A stretch of 64,000 nucleotides of DNA, taken from assembly GCA_951406725.2 (NCBI GenBank), contig OX597814.1:48484001-48548000 (forward strand), in the 5' to 3' direction. The notes under the pieces are model-generated. The model was not told the DNA's origin and did not search any database. It worked only from the letters and a program-made list of their open reading frames with translations. Position 1 is the first letter of the stretch, and every line of letters starts with the position of its first letter. Position numbers and translations under genes: made by a program. Of this stretch, positions 52,082 through 64,000 are shown piece by piece. Origin of the DNA: Octopus vulgaris (lineage: Eukaryota).

Positions 52082-53058
52082 GGGGGGGGGGTGCAGGAAT
52101 ATAGAGGAGCACCAGTGGGGAGGGGTGTTCGGAGAAACGATGACAGGTTCTAGACAAGTAGAACGTAGGATATCACGAGAGGGGTAATGCATGGTGAAAT
52201 AGTGTATTGAAGAGCGGGGTTCGAAGAGTAGACACCTATAATGGTGGTGGGAGAAGCGACATCCGGTATAGATGGAGCAAAAATATAGAGATATCCGGTA
52301 TTGGTGGTGGGGGTGGGCAAGGGCGGGCGCACCGCTAATACACGAAGGTTGATAGAGGAGAGAGCGAGGACTTGGACGGGCAAAATTATCATAGTAACAT
52401 GGAGAAATTATCAGCACATAATAATAAAGGGATATTTAGGGGGGACGGTGGAGAAATGGAGAAATTATCGGCACATAATGATGAGAGGAATTCGAGATGA
52501 GAGGCTTAATCGATATACAACGATAACTAATGAATTATACAGAATATGCAATACGAGGCGAGGCTGAAATAATAAACAGAGTGACGACTAGGGATCAGAA
52601 TAATAATAATAATAATAATAAACAGATTAACAACTAGAAGAGATCAGACAATTTTGCATGAAAATATTACTGGTAAAGATACGGGATGAATTAAGTTCAA
52701 AGATTTCTTATCTTGGGATCATTTCGAATCTTAATTTGATGGTCCATATAACATTGGTACAATGGAACTGTCTTGGGGAAAATACTCAGGATGGGCTACT
52801 GCATGAAATATAAATAGTAAACTGGATTTTTATACTTAATGTAGTAACCCAATAAATTCTAATTACTATTGCACATATGGGGAGGGCAAAAGTTATTATC
52901 TTGATTAATTAATCTTATCTTAATGGTTAATAAAAAATGGTAGGACAAGCAATCAAGAAGTTTAAATCAGTTAAAAATGAATTAATAATAAAATGCAGAA
53001 GGAATGGGTCTGATCTTTGGTAGTATGGTGACAATTATGAGTATCTTTTGGTCTAAGA

Positions 53059-53419
53059 AAGTGGTTCTCAACCAGGATTCATATGACCCCTAGGGTCAAT
53101 GCAAGTATAGAATTGGAGATTCACAATAGTATTTAAAGAGTGCACAAAAAAGTTTTGCTTTAGATATATTTATTACAAGAAACAGCTAGGTTTCTTTCTC
53201 TAATGTTTTACATAGTTTAACATCTTTCTGTTCACTAAAATATGTTCTCTCAGAGAGTGCGTTTGCGAACCTACACAAGTGAATGAGTGAAAAACAAAAT
53301 AGGAATTTTGAAAGAACTACCTATAAAACTAGTTTTTAAACACCAAATGACTTGGAGGTCCACTAGAATAAAATACTACTTGAAGGGGTCCATAGATGAA
53401 AAATGGTTCAGAATCACTG
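53059..53419. mobile_element. hAT-type MITE
   Basis: AGTGGTTCTCAACC / GGTTCAGAATCACTG termini; 8-bp TSD GTCTAAGA/GTTTAAGA. Confidence 0.82.
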
Positions 53420-55589
53420 GTTTAAGACTTCAACAGTTAGTCTATGCTTTGTTGATGAGATCTAATAAGAATGAAACATACTGTCACTCACTACTGCATT
53501 CTGTATTTAATTATGTCTTTGTATTTATATATACCTTTCTTGAGTAGAGTCAGCTATGTATATGATGTTTTTTATCATTACTGTAAGTGTAATTTTAATT
53601 AGTCAAATTTTCTTAACTCACTACATTAAATATGCTAGTGTCCACTTTACTAATGATTTGTGCTTATTTGATCATTTGTCAAAAAGATACTCCAGACCAT
53701 CTACCAATTACTAAGTGTTATAGGTAATTATAGATAATAAGGTATGAAACTTATAATTTTATATTTGGATAACACATGATGAAATAACATTGGTATAATA
53801 AAGCAAGAAAGAAATCAGAAACAATGCTATTAATAAAATAGTTTTTTTTTTTGTTTTTAGTTAGCATTCCTTTTTTTTTTTTTAAGAGAATATGTTGGGG
53901 TTGTTTTTTGATGTCTTCTCTAAGTAAGCAGGAAGGTTAACAATGTTCCAAAAAGTCATAATGTATGTTCTTTGCAGCTAAATGATTGGGAACATATATA
54001 GCTCATATCATAATGGAACATTCACTGTAGATTTGATTGGAAGACATTTGTACTGGTAGTTCAGGTCATTTTAACACACTCATTGATAAAAAGAAGAAAA
54101 TTAATTCCTTTGAAGTAGCTGCTGGTGTAGATCTAATTGGCTATTCTATTCTCAAATGCACTGCCTTCTATATGACAAACCAATGAGTTTATTGTTATAA
54201 AATTTAACCCAAAGTTGTACCTTCTGCTTGTTGTAGATTCTTAAAACATCTGCATTACTAAATAATTACTTTCAAAATACACTGCTTTGCTTCAATTAAT
54301 TTTGAAATTAATAAAGAATTACATAAAATAACTTTATCATTATTAGGCTGGTGTTTGAAACAGAGTAAAATTTTGAAGGAAAGTTTCAACTTGGATCACT
54401 TTAAAAGGGGATGTTTGAACCATGGGAGGTCTTAAGCAGATTGATATCAATACGATTAATGGCACAGCCATATTGTATTGCATATTTTATTTGATTAAGA
54501 AAGGCGTATATTAAACTGAAGTAACTCCAGTGAAATATTTGTTCTTATTTTATTGATGTATTGGAATGAAAAGCAATAGAATTTGAATTTTTGGCTAAAA
54601 AAGTAGAAATGTAACACGGAAATATTTAATTAGCTACTCTGATTTGTTGCTCTCTCTATTTTACTGCCTACTGCTATAATGTTTCTTTAATATCCAAATG
54701 ACTTCTCTATGGCTGAGATCATGAATCCTTCTAGAGTAAAATACCAAAATAACAATTTCTTAATTTAGCTGGTGAGATGTTTATTAGACTTTTAATGGTT
54801 GTGGGATGCATTAAATATGAGCAAGTTTTCAGATATGAACAGCTGTTTTCCATTTGGAGTTATGCTGGTTTACTAAAGAAATTAAACACACATAATTTAT
54901 ATTTTTTTAGATTTTCAAATTCCCAAAAGTACATCTCTTTAGCTAGAGTACAAGTAATCTGAATTTAAATTGTTTTCAAACAAGTTTCAGCTTAAACTTT
55001 AAAGAAATCTGATGTAAATATATTAATCTATTGCATGACATTTGTAATAAAAGAATTTGTCTGATAGTTCCTTTATAGAAAATATGTTATGTTCTTAAGA
55101 AAGGAATTTAATTGACAGAATAATATTTCAGTTGATAAAAAAGCTCTCATGTTATGGTATGGATTGAATCATTACAATACCACTTAATGGTAATACCATA
55201 TTTACTCCTGTATCAATGTCAAGAATGGGATGTGGTTAGCATTATATTTGAAGGTAAAAAAAATAGGATAACAATATGATAAAATCAATTACTGATTTTT
55301 TAGTTCAAAAAATGATGTTGCATTATATTTGAAATACATTGTACTTGAGTAAATATGTTATTCTATGTAAATATCATTAAATAGGTATTTCATATATTAT
55401 GATACTTAAAACAGACATGTTTCTTATAGCATATCCATTTTCAGTATAGTGGTTGTGTATTTGTGTTGTAGGAGACTATGTTGTGTTTTCTTTACATAAT
55501 ATTTCCATGGTGTGTGTTCATGGAGGGCAATGGATTTCTGGCATAAGATGTCTAGGTTGTGTGGAATGATGTCTCTGCGTGGGAAATTA

Positions 55590-56250
55590 GGAAAAAGTAA
55601 GTGATGGTAGCATCATCTGCAAAAGATTGTGTGATTAGAAATAACAAGTTGATTATAAATGTACAGAAGAGTAGGTTGACATAACCAAACTGTAGAGTAC
55701 ACCTAAGTTGATAGGAAACCCTGTTAGTACAATCTGCAGTAGCATGGTCAGACAGGAAATTTCCAATTCAAGTGATGAAAATGTGATGGAGCTTATAGTT
55801 GGGCAACATAGGAAGTCCTCATCCCACATGCTCTTTGAAAGTTACAAGGGCAAGAGACAACTAGTTATTTCCATTAGAGCCGGCTTTATAGAAATCATGC
55901 TGGCGGTTACTAAGAAAGAAGAGAAGACAATAAGCTGGCTGACTAGCTGGTATTTTGTTTCAGTCAAAGAGATTTTTTTCCCTTCTTGGTGATAGGACAT
56001 ACCAAGTTGCCATAGTATGGAGTAGAATCCTGCAGAGGGGAATGATCAATAAGGTCGACAAGGATAGGCTAGTTCTGGGTTGCAGTGTTTAAGGGCCACT
56101 GTCAAAATTGGTTGCCTCATTGAATTGAAATGATCAGAAAAATATTCACATTCAGTAACTGTGCACAGATAGTGATAAGACTGAGTGAAGAAGGAAGGGT
56201 TGGAATGAGTTTTGTTGTTAGTGCAGGTTGAATATGTAAAGTTAATGGAA
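55590..56250 (-). mobile_element. Highly decayed CR1/Jockey-group LINE fragment
   Basis: FADDATI motif near 55605-55625 preceded by an SPTLL-like segment; limits uncertain. Confidence 0.5.
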
Positions 56251-57367
56251 ACTCTTTTACAAGGTACCAAAAAGTATTTTTGGCTTTTCTTATACTTTTT
56301 ATCTATGTTGTGGTGGATGAACAACTTGTAGTTGATGATAATGTATGGTATCCTTCAGATGTAAGTAATATTCTTTGCCTATATCTGTTGTAATACAGCT
56401 GAAAATGAACCTCCTGAAGGTTTTGGTTATAGCCATCAAGATGGATTCAGTCAGTCACTTGGTTGCTTCAGATTCAGAGTGATAAACATTTGTAATCAAA
56501 GGAAGTAGTAGTATTTTTACTAATCAGCTGTACTAGTTAATTGACTTGAAGTAGCAAGAGTTGTCATAATGAAAAAATATATAAAGCATATTGCTTTGAT
56601 TAGGCAGAAACCAGATGATCTGCTCAGTATGGATAGCTTGCAGAGTTATAGAGAAGAGACAGATTGAGTTTTATGTTCATGCAAATCCTTTTTACCTTTC
56701 TGAACTTAACTTAGCTAGCTAACATCTGCTACCGCTTTTACTTCACAGTCAGCTAGTTGCCATTACAAATTTCATCTACCTGTATATTATTCCTGTAAAT
56801 CATACAAATAACTTAATCTCAGAACTGTTCTACTTTGTTATGCATATCTTATTGAACTAATTAAAGAGTGGTTTGAATGAAGTCAGTTTAACTTGAGATG
56901 ATCAGCAATAACTTTGCCTTAAATTTTGAACAGTTCATTCTGTAAAGTGGTTGGTAAATGAGCAGAGATATCATAGGATCGAGAGGGCCTTATAGCATTG
57001 CCAAAGATGTGACAACCTTTCTAGTGTTGGTACTATGGTATATTTCACCCAGTACACTCTGTAAAGTGGTGGTTGCTGTTAGGTACAGTATACTGCTGTA
57101 GAAACCATGCCAATTTAAATGTATTATTGCGATATAGTTCTCTCAACCATCCCAGGTGTCTAGTAATTTTGAATAAGTCCTGATTCTGGTTGTGATAACA
57201 TATCTAACTCATGCTAACATGGAGAACAGATGTGAAACGTTGATGTTGATTGTAATTTCTTGTTTCTAAAATAGTAATTTTAACAGCAGTGGTGCCCCAG
57301 CATGGCTGCGGCCTTCGGGCTAAAACATTTTAAAGGATTTTAAGGATTATAATATTCTTTTAAAATG

Positions 57368-57391
57368 GGCCTTGTGCCTAGAGTAGAAAAG
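57368..57391 (+). mobile_element. 24-nt insertion of the Meta-like SINE 3' end with 17-bp TSD
   Basis: AATATTCTTTTAAAATG [GGCCTTGTGCCTAGAGTAGAAAAG] AATATTCTTTTAAAATG. Confidence 0.85.
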
Positions 57392-58461
57392 AATATTCTT
57401 TTAAAATGTAAATTAAAAATAATAATAATAAAGTAAACACTTTAGGGGGTTAATCCCATCAAAAGATAAAACCTGTCAGATCTATTTGCATCCACTTCAC
57501 TTTGGTATGGTTCTGGATTTAAAGGACTTTCAGTTATCTTTCTTTCTCTAAAATAATTCTAAGTGTCTTATCCATGAGGTTGACTAAATTGTTCTAACTA
57601 CTTAAGAAAGTTCATAAAGCTCTCCAAAGACAAATAGTTGTACTTTTCATGACATTGGCCTTTTCACTAAGTTTAACTTGATTTATTTCTTTAATGGCAT
57701 CTCTGCCTTCTAATTAATGACAATGAAAAGGTCAGCAAAGTTGATAAAAGTCAATGATCTTAGTTTTCAAAATAATTCTGTTTTAGCAAACAGCATTAGA
57801 AACCTAAAGAGTATTTAATCACATGTCATACCCATCTTGCTGGAGTCTATTACTCCAACTTCATGCTTCTAAATTAACCAAACAGTAAACATTATTTGAA
57901 AGTTGTTTGGATATAATTTATATAAAATTTTAAGGTGTGTGGTTATTCTGTCATTTAAAAATTTATTATTATAACATAGATATTAAGTGTACATAACATT
58001 TACATAGAGGCTTGAGAAATATGAAGTATAGGTCATAGATATGTGATAAATACCATATGTATTCATAAAAAAGGTGTAGTTGAAGGTAAGTTGCACCAGC
58101 CCTCCACTTTGGGCTTATAATATATTAGCTTCAGCTACTGAATCATAAATAAGGTGCATGTTGCTGTTTATGAATACTGACTGTAAATTTCCTTTCTATA
58201 TTTAAATAAATAAATAAGCAAATAAATAAATAATAATAATAATAAAACTGTTCAAGAAGGAATCCCTACCATTGCTAATACAGTCCTGTAAAGTCCCATG
58301 ACTATAGATATTTCAACCATGTTTTTCTATTATCTGTGTCTAGAACAGATTAACCAGTGTTTTTAAATAATCACACCTCGTTAGTCTAAAGTCACTAATA
58401 ACTAGTCTACGCTGGGGCAGGGGGTACATTCTTCACCAGGGAGGTCTATTGTATATATTAA

Positions 58462-58680
58462 CCCTTTTGTATTTAAACCGACCATATCCGGCCAAAATAG
58501 CTAATCTGTTTTATGTTCAAACTGGCCAGATCCAGGCTCTCACACCTACCCTACAATGTTATTCTCCATTAAGTAATTACACCATCAAGATCTTGAAGAT
58601 ATGAGATAATGCATGATTAATTCAAATCAATGGGAATCAATAAGCATTATGTTTGATAGAATAATCTGAACACTAAAGGG
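58462..58680. mobile_element. piggyBac-like TTAA MITE (second family)
   Basis: TTAA|CCCTTT...TAAAGGG|TTAA. Confidence 0.8.
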
Positions 58681-58744
58681 TTAAGTATACAAGTAAATAT
58701 TGTGTGTGTGTGTGTGTGTATACACACACACACACATATATATA

Positions 58745-60224
58745 TCAGGCTGAGTAAAAAGTAAGCAACGTTTTGAAACATGAAATTCATTGCAATATAT
58801 TCCAACAGTGCAGAAATTTTATTCATCAAAGTAAGTATTATTACAATCAAGACATTTTTGCCTATGAGTTACAAGTTTGTTTATTCTGGTAACATAAAAA
58901 ACTGGAGTTCTGGAGCTGATGAACTCTTTGAACACACTTTCAGCATTGGTTTGATTTTTGAACTCCTTCTCTCGCAGGAAACCATCAAGGTGCTCGAAAA
59001 AGTGGTAGTTAGTAGGAGAAAGATCTGTGGAATAAGTTGGGTGGGGAAGAACTTTGTAGCAGGTTCCCTCAACTTCTGGGGCATCGTTAGTGAAACATGT
59101 GGTCAAGCATTGTCATGAAGAATGATCGGCCCTCGTCTGTTGACCAGTCTGGGATGGAGGAGTAGCAGTTTTTCATTCATTTTGGCAATTTCGTGGCAGT
59201 AGGTTTCTGGATTAATAGTTTTTCCAGGTTTTAAGAAGTTATAGTGGATGAGTCCAGCAGTACACCACCAAACAATCATCATAACCTTCTTTTTGAAGAG
59301 CTAGGGTTTAGAGAAGGTTTGTGGTGCTTCATTCTGGTCCAACCACTGCGAAGAACATTTTTTATTATTGTACAGAATCCACTCTTCATCGCAAGTTACA
59401 ATATGGTTGAGAGATGGATCAGTCTGGTTACAAAGAAGAAGCAACAAGCAAATTTCATATCTGTGCATTTTCTGATTTTCATTCAAATCGTGTGGTACCC
59501 ATTTGTTGATCTTCTTTGATTTTCCGATCACGTGTAAATAGTTTCAAGCAGTTTTCTGGCTAACTTGAAGTTCTTTTGCCAGTTCTCAAGTGGTTTTATG
59601 TAGATCTTTCTCAATGACGGTCTTTAGTTGACTGATATTTGATGACAGATGGGTGTCCACTATGCTTATGATCTTCAAGGCTCGGGTCTCCACTGCAAAA
59701 TCATTTAGCCCTTTCGTTATTGTATTTATTTTAAGATGCTCTGTGTTTCTTTCAATTACTTTAAATATAACAAAGAATTTAGTAAAATAACTTAGTTATC
59801 ATTCAGCTAGTGTTAGGAACATAAATTGTGAGTAAGGTTTGGTGGAAGATTTTAATTCAAAACTTATGAAAATAAGACATTTGTACTCAGAGCCAGAGCC
59901 GAGTTCAGCCGGGTTGGTAATGAAAGGGTTAAACCATTTTCGAGCTGACCACTCACTGGTCATTTCCTCATCAAACATTTAGTTGATATTGCAAGCAGTT
60001 TCAGCTGCCAAAATTGCTCAAACATCGTGCTTTGACAGTTACATTTCAGATTATTGTCACAATGGTGACAAACTTATCATTTATTGATGCATTTGGGCAA
60101 GTCTATGTCTGTATTATCAGACAATTGCAAAAAAAAAAATGTTTAAAAAAAAATCAAAACTCTGCAAAAATCTGGTACAAATTCTTCATGGTTCAAAACG
60201 TTGCCTAATTTTTACTCAACCTGA
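58745..60224 (-). mobile_element. Mariner (DD34D-type) transposon, defective
   Basis: About 40-bp imperfect TIRs TCAGG.TGAGTAAAAA.TA.GCAACGTTTTGAA.CATGAA; WVPHDL, IVTCDEEW, LHDNA*PH, HPTYSTDLSPTNYHFF; stops and a frameshift. Confidence 0.95.
59709..59928. mobile_element. piggyBac-like TTAA MITE nested in the mariner
   Basis: TTAG|CCCTTTCGTTA ... TAATGAAAGGG|TTAA; mariner coding sequence resumes on both sides. Confidence 0.85.
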
Positions 60225-60243
60225 GATATATATATATATATAT

Positions 60244-60436
60244 GCAAAATTTAGGTTAGTTAAAATATGTTTGACATATTTCAACTGCTAAAAGGCGAAT
60301 TCTCTGCAGTTACTGTGGAGAAAATATCTCTCTTATGGTAAAAAGGTGTGATAGGTTCTCCATGGTAACTGCTGTGAATTTGCCTTTTAGCAGTTGAAAT
60401 ATGTCATAAACATATTTTAACTAACCTAAATTTTGC
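60244..60436. repeat. About 190-bp near-perfect palindrome (foldback/MITE-like)
   Basis: GCAAAATTTAGGTTAGTTAAAATATGTTT... / ...AAACATATTTTAACTAACCTAAATTTTGC; arms about 90 bp. Confidence 0.92.
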
Positions 60437-60549
60437 TTATGTCTAAACATTGCTTGGTGCTAACATTTTATTTCATATATATAAGTTTGTACAAAGTAAT
60501 GTCTGATACAGATGATTTTTTTTCTTTAAACTAAAACAATGTAAATTAT

Positions 60550-60725
60550 AGTTGATGGTTTGTACTTTTAACCTTGTATTTCAATATTTTGGGGTTAGGA
60601 CACCTTCTTCAGGAAATCTCCAGAAATATTGTATTGTGAGCTGACTCCACAACTACGATTTCCTGAAGAAGTGGTCCTAACACAGAAATACTGAAATACA
60701 AGATAAAAACTGCAAACCATCAACT
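60550..60725. repeat. Inverted repeat (69-bp arms) with decayed hammerhead-like core, Penelope pLTR-like
   Basis: Arms 60550-60618 and 60657-60725; ATTTC-CTGAAGA-AGTG gtcctaa CAC-AGAAA-TACT-GAAAT. Confidence 0.75.
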
Positions 60726-61248
60726 TGTATTATTTCTTATAACTTTCATTGTTTTGGCTTTGGAAAAAAAAATCAGTGTGTGTGTGTGTAATGCCTTGAT
60801 ATATGAGTTAATTTGTTCCTGGAGACTACTTGTAAAGCAAAAACTTCCCAAAGTACAAGTAGCAATGTTATAAATCGTCATACTAGACTCATGCACACCA
60901 TCAGTTGCAGATGTGATTGCCAATTCACAAGCATTCATAGATGCACTTGTAGGTTTCTTTTTAAAAAGCAAGTCTAGAGTTGTTTGCTTGGTAACACACA
61001 GAAGCATTTGTTATGCTAGTAGAAACTTTTACAATTCATTCAAAATTCAGATGTTGTGCTTAAAAAATTTATTATAAAATAAAACTTGTAAAGTGGGTCC
61101 TTGTAAAGTGAGGTATAACTGTATCTGTAAAAAAAATGTGTATTTCAGTATGAATGTATGCTTATTTTTTTCTTCATTTTAGCTTAATTATTTTTCTGTC
61201 CTTTTCTCTCTGGGTTTCTGATAAGTTGCTTATTTCCTCATTTCTCAG

Positions 61249-61514
61249 CTGCCAATCTTATTTCAGATCTGAGTACTCTTGCTAGTGTAGTTACCACATT
61301 GGCTGCTATGGGAAAAAATGGTGCCCAAGAATCAACAGATCCAAATAGTAGTTCTGGGACATCTACTGCTGCTAGTAGCAGCAGTAATAGTAATGGACAT
61401 GTTTCATCTCCAGGAGAAAGTGCTGATTCTGTAGTTAAAGCCTTTGACACACTTGCCCGAGCAGTGCACCATCCACAATCACAAAGCCAAGAAACTCAGA
61501 CAGGCTTGTCACAG
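61249..61514 (+). CDS. Host gene exon (266 nt, phase 1-0): AANLISDLSTLASVVTTLAAMGKNGAQESTDPNSSSG...HHPQSQSQETQTGLSQ
   Basis: TTTCCTCATTTCTCAG| acceptor, consensus CAG|GTGAGT donor, open frame, phase fits the 51688 donor. Confidence 0.9.
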
Positions 61515-61684
61515 GTGAGTGTTATCTGTTACTTGGTTATATTTTCTCTGCAATAAATGTATAAATGCTATGAACACTGCCAATATTTAGAAAGCATCTT
61601 GTAACTCCTTGTTCATTCTTCACAAGACTCAATGACCAATCTCATTCTGTTGCCCCCCTTTTAATTTTGGAAACTTCATAGGTT

Positions 61685-61819
61685 CAGGCATGGTTGTATT
61701 GTTTTGTAGCTTGTTTCCCAACCATGTGGTTTTGTGTTCAATCTTCTTGCCCCAGGCCAAACCAAAGCCTTACGAGTGGAATAGGTAGATAGAAACTGAA
61801 AGAAGCCTGTTGTGTATGA

Positions 61820-61874
<55 letters not shown>

Positions 61875-62315
61875 CGCTGAAAAGTTTCTGGCTTTCGGTA
61901 AAAGAAAATACAGGAGGATCAGTAAATTATGATTTTATTTAACATATTCCCCTCTCAGATTCACACACTTATTGCAGCGTTCCTTCAATTTTTCTAAGCC
62001 TTGTAAAAGAACTCATAAGGATGTGCTTCCACAACCAGGCTTTTCACGATACTCTTAAAGCCATGAATTTTTCATCATCTCCTTGTGTGTATGTGTGTCT
62101 GTGTGTGTGTTTGTTTATCACTGTCTTATAAATGAACATTATTGCCATACAAGTAATGTTGTTCATTTCCTGTCTTCCCTGAAAAACATATCTGATCACA
62201 GTAGAATAATAATTTGCTTGGAAACAGGAAGTGCATCCAGTTATAGAAAATCTGCCTCACTGAATTCTGCCTGATCCATACAAATCTGAGAAAGTAGACA
62301 TAAAATGATGATAAT
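61685..62315 (+). mobile_element. SINE with RTE-type tail; a mariner-like MITE (about 61872-62085) sits in its (TG)n
   Basis: SINE head, (TG)n, GCTGAAAAGTTTCTGGCTTT / AAAGCCATGAATTTTTCATC inverted termini, then SINE tail with (ATG)n. Confidence 0.75.
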
Positions 62316-62422
62316 GATCTGGTATATATATATATATATATATATATTGCCGTGTAGATACAGAGTTTGCTTTGTTATGTTGTTGAGTTCCCACTGTACA
62401 ACCCCTTGGGTAAGTGTCCTTT

Positions 62423-62834
62423 CATCATCATTCATCATTGTTCGACTGTGGTCGAGACAATGGAATTTACCATGCTACGCCAGACTTCACGGTCCATCAT
62501 AGCATTACGGAGGTCCTGTTGCTGGATGCCTGTATCTCTGGAGATTACATCAGGGTAGGAGAGTGTGCGCCCTCTGGTATTGTGAGTAGATGGCTTCCAG
62601 AGGAGAAGAGTAGAAATTGCCTCGTTTTCAGCTCTACAACAATGTCCAGCAAACTGGACTCTCCTACCTTTCACAAGAGATGACACAGGTGGTAGTTTCC
62701 CATATATTTGCATTTTGGTTGGATGACACTTCCACAAGAGATTTTGAGCTCTCATAAGGAGGCGAATGTAGGTTCCATCCAACCGCCTCTCAAGCTTCTT
62801 TGATAATGGCTCAGAAACCTGGACCTTATCAAAG
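62423..62834 (-). mobile_element. RTE-B fragment with 5' inversion and 11-bp TSD, inserted in a SINE head
   Basis: TSD AAGTGTCCTTT at 62412-62422 and 62835-62845; highly similar to 48099-48510. Confidence 0.92.
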
Positions 62835-63124
62835 AAGTGTCCTTTACTGTCGTTTTGGTTCAACCAATGCCTTGTGACTGGCATTTGTAGAAAGAAACAA
62901 AGCAATGAGCTAAAAATAAAAACAAAATTGGTCAGGTTTACTGATATTCCTTGATATCAAATCATCCCGTATCACTGCACTTTCAAAGGTGAGTGGAATA
63001 AAAAATCCAGAAGAGTTAGCAACAGAAAGAACATCTGGGTTTATAAAACAATACCTCAATAACTATTTATTCAACCCATGCTAGCATATAAAATTGATGT
63101 AAAATGAACAAACAGCATCTTGAT

Positions 63125-63525
63125 GTTATTTTCATGGTTGTTTTAATGTCCACTTTTCTATGCTTACATGGGTTAGATGGAGTTAATTGAGAATGTCCTT
63201 TCTTATCATCAACCTTCATCTGTTTTCAAGCAAGGTAAATATTTCCTAATAGCCAGACATATTTTCATGGGAGATTGGAAACAGGGGTCACTGATTAGAG
63301 TTATCATGCAATGTCAAGGCAAAGAGAAAATAACACATGCACACACACAAAAAGCATATTTATGTATGTATGTATATAAATATATAGCTAGATTCTTTCA
63401 GTTTCCATCTATAGTATGTACTATCAAAAATGTAGTGACACTTACCCAAAGTGTTACACAATGGGACTGAACCTGAAACCATGTGGTTATGATGCAAACT
63501 TCTAATCCATACAACCATGCCTGGG
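63125..63525 (-). mobile_element. Decayed SINE with RTE-type tail
   Basis: TTTAATGTCCACTTTTCTATGCTT tail through to GGGACTGAACCTGAAACCATGTGG head. Confidence 0.75.
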
Positions 63526-63609
63526 TCTTTAAAATAACTTTAATTTTGCCTAAACTGAGAAATTGGGAAATTTTGTGTGTTTCTTTTTTTTTTTTTTGAT
63601 ACATTTGTC

Positions 63610-64000
63610 ATCCTCATTCATCTGTTTTCCATTCTGGCATGGGTTGGACAGTTCAACAGGAGCTGGTAAGCTGGAGAACTACACCAGACTCCAGTTGTCT
63701 GTTTTGGCATAGTTTCTATAGCTGGACACACTTCCTAATGCCAACCACTTTACAGAGTGTACTGGGTGCTTTTTTACGTGGCACCAACATAGGTGCTTTT
63801 TACGTGGCACCAGCATGGTTGCCAAGTGGCTTGCAAGACTAAGAACTCTCCACTGAGAGAGGGAAATGAAGGAAGTGACTGTGAGCCCAGTAAGAGGTTA
63901 GAGGGACAGAGATAGTTGCCTTACTATGGAGGGGATACTTGGCTACCCCAGAAAAGAAAGAGATTTGGAGAAGGATAGAAACAATCAGAGTGAGAGACAG
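63610..64000 (-). mobile_element. Older RTE-A 3'UTR fragment running off the window
   Basis: CCTAATGCCAACCACTTTACAGAGTG...GGTGCTTTTTACGTGGCACC-like motif twice. Confidence 0.75.

Overview
AT-rich eukaryotic DNA, most likely a coleoid cephalopod (Octopus-like, inferred from recognisable tRNA-derived SINE and RTE LINE families; no database check was possible). The window appears to lie inside one large + strand protein-coding gene. Five phase-compatible exons (about 21779-21892, 23374-23400, 41867-42015, 51562-51688, 61249-61514) splice into one open, Ser/Thr/Pro-rich, probably disordered peptide that I cannot name; no start or stop codon lies in the window. The introns are full of SINEs (CORE-like, Meta/MESC-like, V-domain-like), decayed RTE, R4/Dong and CR1-like LINEs, Tc1, mariner, Tigger, hAT and piggyBac relics, MITEs and microsatellites. 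Most entries in the supplied ORF track are artefacts of these repeats. The most notable items are: a terminally redundant 393-nt unit carrying a near-complete type I hammerhead ribozyme (retrozyme/Penelope-like); a head-to-tail SINE array with (TAA)n spacers next to an R4/Dong fragment; a 27-nt microexon; several long intronic hairpins; a DD36E-type Tc1 element; and an RTE insertion with a twin-priming signature.
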